DNA from: Bacteroidia bacterium
Lineage (GTDB): Bacteria > Bacteroidota > Bacteroidia > Bacteroidales > VadinHA17
Length of the DNA: 25,898 bases
Assembly (NCBI GenBank): GCA_026391215.1
Contig: JAPLDX010000025.1
Location: forward strand, 1 to 25,898
Reading direction: 5' to 3'
Part shown: in pieces, positions 16,965 through 25,252 of the stretch
How the letters are laid out: each line of letters opens with the position of its first letter
How positions within the stretch are numbered: the stretch's first letter is position 1
Program-made: the position numbers and the translations under genes
Notes under the pieces: generated by a model
What the model was told of the DNA's origin: nothing
The model's input: the letters and a program-made list of their open reading frames with translations, nothing else
The model's database searches: none

Positions 16965-18355
16965 TTAAGTCTTCTGTTTCTGGCAAGAGAAGCGAAAATA
17001 CCCAGGATACAGAGTAAAGAAAAAATTATAAATCCGGTTCTCATGCCTGAGATAAGTCCGGGGTATGTAGCAGGAGTAATTGCTTCCTTGCCCAGATAAA
17101 CAGCCAACAACATCATTGCAATACCCATACTGAGCATCTGACCTGCCATCCGCATTGTACCGACAACACCTGATGCAACACCAAGATATTTTTTCTCAAC
17201 AGAACTCATAATCGCATTGGAATTGGGTGAGGAAAACAGTCCAAAACCGACGCCCATTATAATCAGCAAACCGATAATCAGATATATAGGACTGGTCTCG
17301 TTCACGAAACAAAGCATAATCAATCCTGTTGCAGTAAGCCCCATGCCATACGAAGCAATAATTCCAGGATTATATTTGTCGGATAGCTTTCCGGCCAGGG
17401 GTGATAAAAGCGCCATCATGACAGGCTGTGATATCATGACAAATCCTGCTGTCCGGGCATCCATGCCCTTAATGTACTGGAGATAAAGGCTGATAAAGAA
17501 ACCGGTTGCTGAAGTAGCTGAATAATGAATAAGTGCTGCAATACCTGAAAAGGCAAAAACCCTGTTATACAATATGAGCCTGATGTCAAAAACAGGATTG
17601 CTGATTCCTTTTTCAAAAAACAGGAAGATCAATCCAAGAATTAAAGCAGAACCCAGAAAAATCCATCCCTGAGCTGATGGAAGCTTTGAAAATCCATACA
17701 TGAATGAAGCCATTGAGATGCCGTATATAACCGATCCTTTCCAGTCGAATTTTTCACCTTTTGCTTCCACCCACTCAATTTGGATCTTTTTAATAATCAG
17801 GTAAAGGGATGCAATTCCAAATGGAACAAGAAATACGAAAATACTTCTCCATCCGAAATGCTGAGTCAGCAATCCTCCTATGACAGGACCACCCGAAAGG
17901 CCTGTATATACTGCTGTAATGTTTATTCCCATAGCTTTGCCGCGCTCTCCAGGACCAAAGACTGAAGTCAGGATTGCCAGGCTGGTTCCAAATATCATAG
18001 CCCCTGCGATGCCCTGAATTATACGGAATATTATGAGGGATCCGATATTCCATGAGAATATGATAAGAAAAGATGACAGAGAGAAAAGTGAAATCCCATA
18101 CGTAAAGATCTTTTTCCTTCCGACAATATCTGCAAGCCGTCCAAAAGGCAGCAGAAACATTGCAGCGGAGAGTATAAAACTGCTGGCTATCCAGCCCAGC
18201 TCTATTGCGGTGGTATTAAAGTCTTTTGCTATTGCCGGCAAGGCAAGATTAATAGCTGAGCCAAGAAAGGGAGTGAGAAAAGCAGCAAATGCAGTTACAA
18301 GCAGAACCGATCTTTTCAGCGTTTTCTCATCGATAATATGAGTATTTTCCTGCAT
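16961..18355 (-). CDS. MFS transporter, DHA2 (EmrB/QacA-like) family
   Basis: INLALPAIAKDF, GRLADIVGRKK, FRIIQGIAGA, ERGKAMG, GPVIGGLLT-x2-FGWRSIF, FSSPNSNAIM; about 14 TM segments. Confidence 0.9.
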   Translation of the reverse strand: MQENTHIIDEKTLKRSVLLVTAFAAFLTPFLGSAINLALPAIAKDFNTTAIELGWIASSFILSAAMFLLPFGRLADIVGRKKIFTYGISLFSLSSFLIIFSWNIGSLIIFRIIQGIAGAMIFGTSLAILTSVFGPGERGKAMGINITAVYTGLSGGPVIGGLLTQHFGWRSIFVFLVPFGIASLYLIIKKIQIEWVEAKGEKFDWKGSVIYGISMASFMYGFSKLPSAQGWIFLGSALILGLIFLFFEKGISNPVFDIRLILYNRVFAFSGIAALIHYSATSATGFFISLYLQYIKGMDARTAGFVMISQPVMMALLSPLAGKLSDKYNPGIIASYGMGLTATGLIMLCFVNETSPIYLIIGLLIIMGVGFGLFSSPNSNAIMSSVEKKYLGVASGVVGTMRMAGQMLSMGIAMMLLAVYLGKEAITPATYPGLISGMRTGFIIFSLLCILGIFASLARNRRLN

Positions 18356-18361
18356 CAGCTC

Positions 18362-18814
18362 CTATTCTTTATTTTTCGTATCAATGATAATTGTAACCGG
18401 TCCGTGATTATGAATTTCTACCATCATCATAGCGCCGAATTCTCCTGTTCCTGCCGGTTTGCCCAGCAGTTCCGAAAGCCTGGCAACAAATTTATCATAC
18501 AGGGGGATCGCTATTTCCGGCGGGGCGGCTTTAATATATGACGGCCTGTTGCCCTTTTTCGTTTTGGCATGAAGCGTAAACTGGCTGATTACCAGAATAT
18601 CCCCTCCTGTTTCAAGGACTGAGAGATTCATCACACCAATACTGTCATTAAAGATCCTGAGCTGCACTGTTTTGTTGCAAAGCCATTCAATATCCTCATC
18701 GCTGTCTTGTTCTTCAATGCCGATAAACACAAGCAGGCCCGGACCGATTTCAGAAAGGATCTTATTATTGACAGATACTGATGCTCTGCTTACTCGCTGA
18801 ATAACAGCTCTCAT
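18362..18814 (-). CDS. dtd: D-aminoacyl-tRNA deacylase
   Basis: MRAVIQRV, LRIFND, SQFTL, GNRPS, GEFGAMM, NHGPVT (Gly-cisPro motif). Confidence 0.96.
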   Translation of the reverse strand: MRAVIQRVSRASVSVNNKILSEIGPGLLVFIGIEEQDSDEDIEWLCNKTVQLRIFNDSIGVMNLSVLETGGDILVISQFTLHAKTKKGNRPSYIKAAPPEIAIPLYDKFVARLSELLGKPAGTGEFGAMMMVEIHNHGPVTIIIDTKNKE

Positions 18815-18836
18815 CCGGACATTTATTTTAAGTGTT

Positions 18837-18889
18837 CAAATATATGCAATCAATTTAAAAAACCTGAATGATGTTTTCTATTATATTTG
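18837..18889. promoter_or_regulatory. Back-to-back -7 boxes (TATATTTG) for dtd (minus, 18837-18844) and mntP (plus, 18882-18889)
   Basis: Identical TAnnTTTG matches 22 nt and 19 nt before the respective ATGs. Confidence 0.65.
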
Positions 18890-18908
18890 CGAACCAGTTA
18901 TCTGTATA

Positions 18909-19469
18909 ATGGATCTGTTGACAATTATTGCTGTTGCACTGGGCCTCTCGTTTGACACATTTGCTGTTTCACTTTCGTACGGGGTAATTCAGAACAAAGT
19001 GCTTTTCCGGCAGGCAGTGCGTGTAGCTATAGTTTTGGCCATATTTCAGGCAGGACTTCTGGTAGCGGGATTTTTTCTGGGTTCATTTGTAAGCGATTTC
19101 ATAAAAGCTGCAGATCACTGGATTGCCCTGGCATTACTGTCATTTCTTGGTATAAGAATGATAATTGAAGGAATCAGACGTAAGAAGGAAGAAGAAGCCA
19201 GGGACTATTCCAAACCCCTGACTCTTCTGACTATCGCTGTCGGGACAAGCATTGATGCATTTGCAGTAGGTATCAGTTTTGCTCTTCTTGACATAAAAAT
19301 ATGGAGTTCCGCCATAATAATCGGAATAGTGACATTCCTCGCTTCAATGGTTGCAATAAGGATCGGAAAATCTGCAGGTGAAAAGCTGGGTAAGAGAGTT
19401 GAGATAATCGGGGGATTAATACTTATAGCAATAGGAATAAAAATATTCCTGGAACATGTTCTGGTCTGA
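18909..19469 (+). CDS. mntP: Manganese efflux pump MntP family
   Basis: Two repeated motifs LGLSFDTFAVS and GTSIDAFAVG, plus DHWIA and EIIGGLILIAIG. Confidence 0.9.
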   Translation: MDLLTIIAVALGLSFDTFAVSLSYGVIQNKVLFRQAVRVAIVLAIFQAGLLVAGFFLGSFVSDFIKAADHWIALALLSFLGIRMIIEGIRRKKEEEARDYSKPLTLLTIAVGTSIDAFAVGISFALLDIKIWSSAIIIGIVTFLASMVAIRIGKSAGEKLGKRVEIIGGLILIAIGIKIFLEHVLV

Positions 19470-19481
19470 AATGAATGTCTG

Positions 19482-21023
19482 TCAATCTTTAGTACAGCGG
19501 ATTGAAAGGCCATACACATTCAGATTGCCTCCCCTGACCAGATTGCCGGAATTATAATAAAGAATCGCATAATATGAAGTTGTCGCCAGGGATGCTGAAG
19601 CACTCCACCACAGCCCTGAAAGACCGATGCCTGAAAATGTTCCGTCATCAATCCTGTTCCCGCCCGGAAGGCCGGTAAAGTCGGTCTCATTGGTCCCTGC
19701 ATTAAGATCTCCCCAGTGTATGCTTCCAGCTTCCTTTAATTTATTACCGGCAACGCTTTCTCCACCCAGATAATTGGTTAAAGTAACCCACTCGCCATTT
19801 GTAGGAACATGCCAGCCGGATGGACATATTTTACCAGTATTTACGGTATACCAGTTATATAAAGCTCCGTATGTTGTCTTATATGTAGTTTCATTATTGC
19901 TGTACCAGCAGTATCCTGGTGTAGAAAGATTCTTCCATGCTGTATTGTCAGTAACCAGTGGTATGCTTGTACCATCCTTATAATGAGTAGTTTTCAGATT
20001 CTCCAGCAGCCAAATTTGTGAGCCGATAGTTACAGAATAATAATAGTTATTGTCCGCATCAGCCACAACATAGGTTTTAAATATAAGATCATCACCAGTT
20101 GTCGCTCCCAGCTCATTTACAGCCTTGATTCTGAAATGATATGTCGTCCCTGCAGTTAAGCCTGTCAGGTCTGAGCTGACATTGACAGAAGTGCTTCCGG
20201 TGAGTGAACCGGATGAGAGAGTAAACGTATTCCCATAGCTTATTGAGGTCCCCCATTCAAAAGTGACAGCTGTTGGTAAATAGTTTGGATTCACAGAACC
20301 ATGTAGTGTGACAGTATTGATTTTCAGTCCGGAAACAGACTCTGATACAGCAGAAGGAACCTGACCAAGTGTTGTGAATGTCATATCGCTGCTATACATG
20401 ATCCCTAATGAATTTTCAGCTTTGACCCTGAAATGGTATGTTGTACCGGAAGTCAGCCCGCTTAAGACAGCACTGACACTTGTATCTGCATCACCGGAAA
20501 CCGGACTTTGCGTTGAAGCAATTGAATTTCCATAGCTTGTAGATGTTCCATACTCAAAACCAACTGTTGTTGACAGAAGGTTAGGATTTACTGTTCCATT
20601 AAGAGTAACTGAATGTGTTTCAATGTTTGATGCAACAGGGGCACCCATAGAAGGCATATTCCCGAGCGTAGTGAAAGACTCTGAATTACCGTAACCGGTG
20701 CCGGCTATGTTAGTTGCAAATGCTCTCACATAATACTTTGTATTTGGAAAAAGTCCCGATATTTTGCTGGTAAAAGACAATGATTCAACGGTATCAGTTA
20801 TTATATTCTTATCAATTTTCGGTTTGTCTATAGTATCCCAGCATACTCCTTGTTCAATAATAGTTCCTCCTCCGTCATCGACAATAACACCTCCTGAAAC
20901 AGCTGTTGTTGTTGATATATCAGTAACGACGGTAGTAGTTACAACAGGAATATCAGCTTCATTGCATGCGAAGAACAGAAATACCGGCATGATCACAGCT
21001 AAAATTCTAATCGGATTTTTCAT
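19482..21023 (-). CDS. Lipoprotein with three fibronectin-III-like repeats and a C-terminal FISUMP (Fib_succ_major) domain
   Basis: MKNPIRILAVIMPVFLFFA-C lipobox; repeats with GL-x3-T-x-Y-x2-R-x2-A-x-N-x2-G; FISUMP motifs IGSQIWLLENL, YGALYNWY, CPSGWHVPT, FTGLPGG, GLSIRC. Start set at ATG 21023. Confidence 0.88.
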   Translation of the reverse strand: MKNPIRILAVIMPVFLFFACNEADIPVVTTTVVTDISTTTAVSGGVIVDDGGGTIIEQGVCWDTIDKPKIDKNIITDTVESLSFTSKISGLFPNTKYYVRAFATNIAGTGYGNSESFTTLGNMPSMGAPVASNIETHSVTLNGTVNPNLLSTTVGFEYGTSTSYGNSIASTQSPVSGDADTSVSAVLSGLTSGTTYHFRVKAENSLGIMYSSDMTFTTLGQVPSAVSESVSGLKINTVTLHGSVNPNYLPTAVTFEWGTSISYGNTFTLSSGSLTGSTSVNVSSDLTGLTAGTTYHFRIKAVNELGATTGDDLIFKTYVVADADNNYYYSVTIGSQIWLLENLKTTHYKDGTSIPLVTDNTAWKNLSTPGYCWYSNNETTYKTTYGALYNWYTVNTGKICPSGWHVPTNGEWVTLTNYLGGESVAGNKLKEAGSIHWGDLNAGTNETDFTGLPGGNRIDDGTFSGIGLSGLWWSASASLATTSYYAILYYNSGNLVRGGNLNVYGLSIRCTKD

Positions 21024-21042
21024 AATGATGATCACTTAGATT

Positions 21043-21050
21043 CAAAGTTA
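21043..21050 (-). promoter_or_regulatory. -7 box (TAACTTTG) for the FISUMP gene
   Basis: Exact TAnnTTTG match 19 nt before ATG 21023. Confidence 0.55.
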
Positions 21051-21122
21051 CTAAGAATTTAATTATTATTACCCATCCTCAAAATCCTGCTATTAAAAGA
21101 GCTCTGGAATGATTTGGATTTT

Positions 21123-21163
21123 TCCCACCTTCAGGTGGGATGTCGCGAAGCGACAGGGGGGTA
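21123..21163 (-). repeat. REP-like double-hairpin element, copy 3
   Basis: The minus strand reads TACCCCCC-TGTCGC(TTC)GCGACA-TCCCACC(TGAA)GGTGGGA, 12 nt after the glycoside hydrolase stop. Confidence 0.8.
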
Positions 21164-21175
21164 CTCCAGGCTAAA

Positions 21176-23533
21176 CTATTTCCTGATAGTTCTCAACCCA
21201 AACACAGGTCCGGCTGCATTGCCGGGATGAGCCTGGAATTTTACGGTGATCTTTGATCTTCCTTTTAAGATTTCTTCCGGGATATCATATTGAATAGTAA
21301 TGAACTGCCCATCTTTTTTGTTTGAAATGTTTTCTGTTGCAATTATCTTTTCATTTACGAGGATGTCAAAGGTTTTTGCCCCTGGAAATCCTCCCCAGTA
21401 ATCTACTGCCAGGGCCAGGGATCTCTGCCTTCCGGTTTTCATATCAAATGAAAACCACCCTCCCCGGGATTCCCTGTAAGGCCTTTCGTTAAACCTGTAA
21501 GGTTCCGTCTTTTCTCCTTTAAAGTTATGGTCACGCTCGGGCTGCATCTCGCCTGGCTGCACAAAATCTATTGTTGCTTCTTTTATCCTTTTCATCTCAG
21601 CAAGCTCAGCCTGGTATTCAGTTTGCCTGGTTTCCCATCCATTCTCTGTAAATAGATCCCAGTAAATTGAATATCTGCGGTCATATATGGTATAAAATGG
21701 CTTCATTTCAACATCACGTGGTCTGCCAGTATTGACCGTCATAAAAGTATTAGTCTTTCCATCGACCGGTTTCATCCATGTTGCCGGATCCCTGTTTTCT
21801 GTCATCAGGACAGGTACATACATTATATCCCTTGGAACCGTATCTTTTATAGGGCCAAGATCTCCCGCCATAACAAGAGGTCCGTACATAACTGCAACCC
21901 TGTTGCTGTCGTCAGGCATTGTTTCAAGACGCAGGTTAAACGGTATTTTCACTTCCACAATATCTCCTGTCTTCCATGTTCTGTCAATAGTTATAAATGT
22001 TCCCGGAATCTCCCTGATTCTTTTCTTATTCCCGTTAATTTTCAATTCAATGCCATTTTCCGCCCAGTAAGGATATCTGACAAGGAGAACCATTTTCAAT
22101 GGATTTTCGCATTTGAATTCCAGTGTTGTTCCCTGTTCTTCGGGGTATTTTGTATTCTGAATCAATGTCAGCCCTTTTTCTTTCCAGTTCAGTTCGGAAG
22201 CAATAAATTGAAACACAAATAGCTCATTATCATTATGGTAAAAGATATTCCTTCCATATTTTGAATGGTTTTCCATTCCCGTCCCGATACAGCAGGTAAA
22301 CCATTCCGGATCCTGGAAATCCTTAAAACCGCCCATATCAAGCGACAGGTTATATACAACATGCCCGTCTTCCGGGTTTTGGGTTGACAGAATATGATTG
22401 AACAGAGCCCGTTCATAGAAATCAGCAACACTGGCTGAAGCTTCCCATTCAAAAAGATGTTCTGTAAGCTTAAGCATATTGTAGACATTGCACGACTCGG
22501 TTGTCCCCTCTCCGAGCCGGTTTCTCAGTTTATCGGCAGGACCAAAGTATTCATCATTCCCGTTGCCGCCCGTTACATATGAGTGATGCCCGGTCACAGT
22601 GTACCAGAAGAACTCTGCAGCTTTTCTGTCGGACGTATCCCCTGTAAGCTCATATAGCCGGGACAGGGAGATAAGCTTCGGTATGTTTGTATTGGCATGT
22701 CTTCCCGGAAGGATATCCTGTCCTTCCTTCAGAGGATCCAGTACAGCTTTATGATAGAATACTTGTGAGAGATTAAGATATTTTTCATCCTTTGTATCCG
22801 CATAAAGGTCGGCAAGAGCCTCACTGATCCCTCCATGTTCGCAATTAAGCATCTTCTGGACCTGCTCATCATTCAGAGGCGTTACAACACTGCCGATCCA
22901 ATCAGCAAAATGTTTTTCAACCGCAAGAGCTGTTTTATTTCCGCAAAGGCGATATGCATCCCTTAATCCGGCCATGACTTTGTGCTGGGTATAGAATGGC
23001 GCCCATATACCGTTGAGGTCGAATCCTGCAGACCTGATATTACCTTTAGCCACCTCTTCTTCAAAGACTTTTTTGCCATTTGGGAAAGCTCCGATATAGC
23101 CATCGCCGTCAGCATCCTGGAGCATCTTGAGCTCATCCACGATATAATTTACCCTTTCCAGGAATCTATTGTCGCCGGTTGTCTGGTACATCATTGAGCA
23201 ACCGCTCAGATAATGGCCAAGGCTATGGCCCGCGAGCGACTCGTCCTCCCAACCCTGATAGTGTTCTGCTTTTGGCTTTAATCCGGCCTCTGAATAGAAT
23301 TTTGAAAGAAGCCTGTCAGGTTCATAACTAAGCAGGATCTTTATATTAAGTTCAGTAGCATGAAGGAAAGGGCCATCAAGAAGCTTTACATCGGTAAGGC
23401 TGAAGGGGAGAGCCCTGAAGGAAACGACCTCTGGTCCGCCGATACTTACAACTCTATCTTCCCGCGTAGTACATCCGTATATAAAAATAAATAAGGAATA
23501 ACCACATAACAGCAACTTAAACAACTTTTTCAT
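21176..23533 (-). CDS. GH127/GH146 (DUF1680) beta-L-arabinofuranosidase-like glycoside hydrolase, predicted lipoprotein
   Basis: GHSLGHYLS, EHGG, HANTNIPK, TESCNVYNMLKL, YERALFNHIL, CCIGTG (Zn/Cys site), YGPLVMAG; IYG-C lipobox. Confidence 0.88.
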   Translation of the reverse strand: MKKLFKLLLCGYSLFIFIYGCTTREDRVVSIGGPEVVSFRALPFSLTDVKLLDGPFLHATELNIKILLSYEPDRLLSKFYSEAGLKPKAEHYQGWEDESLAGHSLGHYLSGCSMMYQTTGDNRFLERVNYIVDELKMLQDADGDGYIGAFPNGKKVFEEEVAKGNIRSAGFDLNGIWAPFYTQHKVMAGLRDAYRLCGNKTALAVEKHFADWIGSVVTPLNDEQVQKMLNCEHGGISEALADLYADTKDEKYLNLSQVFYHKAVLDPLKEGQDILPGRHANTNIPKLISLSRLYELTGDTSDRKAAEFFWYTVTGHHSYVTGGNGNDEYFGPADKLRNRLGEGTTESCNVYNMLKLTEHLFEWEASASVADFYERALFNHILSTQNPEDGHVVYNLSLDMGGFKDFQDPEWFTCCIGTGMENHSKYGRNIFYHNDNELFVFQFIASELNWKEKGLTLIQNTKYPEEQGTTLEFKCENPLKMVLLVRYPYWAENGIELKINGNKKRIREIPGTFITIDRTWKTGDIVEVKIPFNLRLETMPDDSNRVAVMYGPLVMAGDLGPIKDTVPRDIMYVPVLMTENRDPATWMKPVDGKTNTFMTVNTGRPRDVEMKPFYTIYDRRYSIYWDLFTENGWETRQTEYQAELAEMKRIKEATIDFVQPGEMQPERDHNFKGEKTEPYRFNERPYRESRGGWFSFDMKTGRQRSLALAVDYWGGFPGAKTFDILVNEKIIATENISNKKDGQFITIQYDIPEEILKGRSKITVKFQAHPGNAAGPVFGLRTIRK

Positions 23534-23549
23534 TGTCAGGTGTTTTATA

Positions 23550-24335
23550 TCATAATGGGATCATTTTTCTTTTTCTATCTGAAAAAACAGCCATTTCAGT
23601 ATACCCGGCAAGCCTCAGCAGATCGTAGGCTTCACTAAAGAATTGTCCGACACGTGCAGGGAGGTGAGCATCAGAATTTACACAGACAGAGACATTTTCT
23701 TCCCTGAACACATGAATGAACCTGCGATCAGGATAAAAATCAGCCAAAGGCCTGTTCCGGCCGTTGGTATTAAGTTCAAAAGCGACATTGTTTTCTCGCA
23801 TTATCCGCGCAAGCTTCCTGTAGAGAGGTTCAGGATCGTAAGATGGCTTGTAGCCATAAATCCTTATGAGATCACAATGTCCGATAATATCGAAAAGCCC
23901 TGATGCTGCAGCTGCCATCACATGTTCAAAATATGATTCATACAGTGCATCAATATTCTTTCCTTCATAGAATTCAGGTCCAAGGTCCACAGTCTTTTCC
24001 CCCAGGTAATGAACGGATCCGATCCTGTAGTCAAGCTTGAATTTGCCGAGGAACAATTCAATCTCTTTTTCCTTACCCGGGAAAAAATCCACTTCCATTC
24101 CTGTTTTAACAATGATTTTATCAGAGTTTTTCTTCAGATCTTCAATATAATTCACATATTCCAGAACATTTTCAGGATTCATTACCCAATCCTGGTTCTC
24201 CCTGAATAATGAAAGATGTTCTGAAAATCCTATTTCGGATATACCTGCAGAAATTGCAGCAGGTATATAATCTTCAGGCGCGGCCTTACCATCACTGAAA
24301 GTAGTATGTATATGGTAATCAGTTTTATAGGTCAT
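23550..24335 (-). CDS. PHP-family phosphatase (histidinol-phosphatase HisJ/HisK-like)
   Basis: DYHIHT, GFSEH, GMEVD, GSVH, IIGHCD, FELNT and NSDAH metal-binding motifs. Confidence 0.85.
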   Translation of the reverse strand: MTYKTDYHIHTTFSDGKAAPEDYIPAAISAGISEIGFSEHLSLFRENQDWVMNPENVLEYVNYIEDLKKNSDKIIVKTGMEVDFFPGKEKEIELFLGKFKLDYRIGSVHYLGEKTVDLGPEFYEGKNIDALYESYFEHVMAAAASGLFDIIGHCDLIRIYGYKPSYDPEPLYRKLARIMRENNVAFELNTNGRNRPLADFYPDRRFIHVFREENVSVCVNSDAHLPARVGQFFSEAYDLLRLAGYTEMAVFSDRKRKMIPL

Positions 24336-24433
24336 TTGAGAATTTTTATTTTCGTTGCCTGATTCATTTTCAAAATAGCTCGAAATTTGTCAATAAAACA
24401 AATCAGGCCATTAAATAAGTAATAAGGAAAATG

Positions 24434-24441
24434 TATTTTTG
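24434..24441 (+). promoter_or_regulatory. -7 box (TATTTTTG) for the Crp/Fnr gene
   Basis: TAnnTTTG 16 nt before ATG 24458; it lies inside the longer ORF-track start, supporting the downstream ATG. Confidence 0.55.
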
Positions 24442-24457
24442 TACAAAAGTGAATCTT

Positions 24458-25150
24458 ATGACCGATAAGAGCACCTGTATATGTGAGAATTGTGAATTCA
24501 GGAATGTAGTCTTTTCTTATCTTGACGAAAGCGCAATCCGGGAATTATGCGATAATAAATATGAACGGTCTTTTTCCAGGGGTGAAATGATTCATCGTGA
24601 AGGAGATAAAATCACTGATTTCAAGTACCTTAAAAGTGGTCTTGTCAAGCTTTACAGGAGTAATTCCTCCGGTGGAGATCAGATAATTACAATCACCCGT
24701 CCATTTGAGTTTGTAAGCAACATGAGCATATTTTCTGAGGAACATTACATATACTCGGTTTCTGCTGTTGAGGATTCTGTTGTCTGTATCGTAAAGCTTG
24801 ATTATATCAGGAACCTGTTCCTGAAGAACGGCAGCTTTGCCATGGGTCTGCTTACAAGAATTTCAAAGATCAATGACAATATAATCAAACAAACATTAGA
24901 TCTCAGGCAAAAGAACCTTATCGGACGCGTGGCATTTGTCCTGCTTTATTTTACAAAAGAGATCTATAACACCAGGGTTTTCGACCTGCCCATTTTACGA
25001 AAAGAAATTGCTGAGTATATTGGAATGAGCACAGCCAATGTAATTAGAACCCTCTCTGATTTTAAAAGGGACGGGATCATAAAGGTTTTCGGAAAAACCA
25101 TTGAAATAGTGGATATAGCCAAGCTTGAAATCCTGTCAAAAAGAGGATAA
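24458..25150 (+). CDS. Crp/Fnr family transcriptional regulator with N-terminal Cys cluster
   Basis: cNMP-like domain (FSRGEMIHREGD, LKSGLVKLY, SVSAVEDSVVC), C-terminal HTH (RKEIAEYIGMSTANVIRTLSDF), N-terminal CICENC. Confidence 0.9.
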   Translation: MTDKSTCICENCEFRNVVFSYLDESAIRELCDNKYERSFSRGEMIHREGDKITDFKYLKSGLVKLYRSNSSGGDQIITITRPFEFVSNMSIFSEEHYIYSVSAVEDSVVCIVKLDYIRNLFLKNGSFAMGLLTRISKINDNIIKQTLDLRQKNLIGRVAFVLLYFTKEIYNTRVFDLPILRKEIAEYIGMSTANVIRTLSDFKRDGIIKVFGKTIEIVDIAKLEILSKRG

Positions 25151-25222
25151 GGTAATTCATCTCACCTTATATCAAACAGGTAAATATTGCAGTTAATCCA
25201 TCAAACTAATCTTAAAATATTT

Positions 25223-25230
25223 TATTTTTG
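25223..25230 (+). promoter_or_regulatory. -7 box (TATTTTTG) for the PFK gene
   Basis: TAnnTTTG 22 nt before ATG 25253. Confidence 0.55.
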
Positions 25231-25252
25231 AGGTCTTAAAAAAATAAAGAAT

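Noticed and set aside
4275-19469. Manganese-homeostasis island (SOD plus mntP)
   Set aside because: The genes are about 14 kb apart, separated by unrelated housekeeping genes, and I found no shared motif.
19482-19800. Diversity-generating retroelement targeting the FISUMP C-terminus
   Set aside because: No reverse transcriptase and no template-repeat copy is visible in this window; a remote element cannot be excluded.
25151-25252. FNR/CRP box upstream of pfk (two ATCAAAC half-site-like words)
   Set aside because: Neither has a TTGAT partner at N4 spacing, and the regulator's helix lacks the FNR specificity residues.
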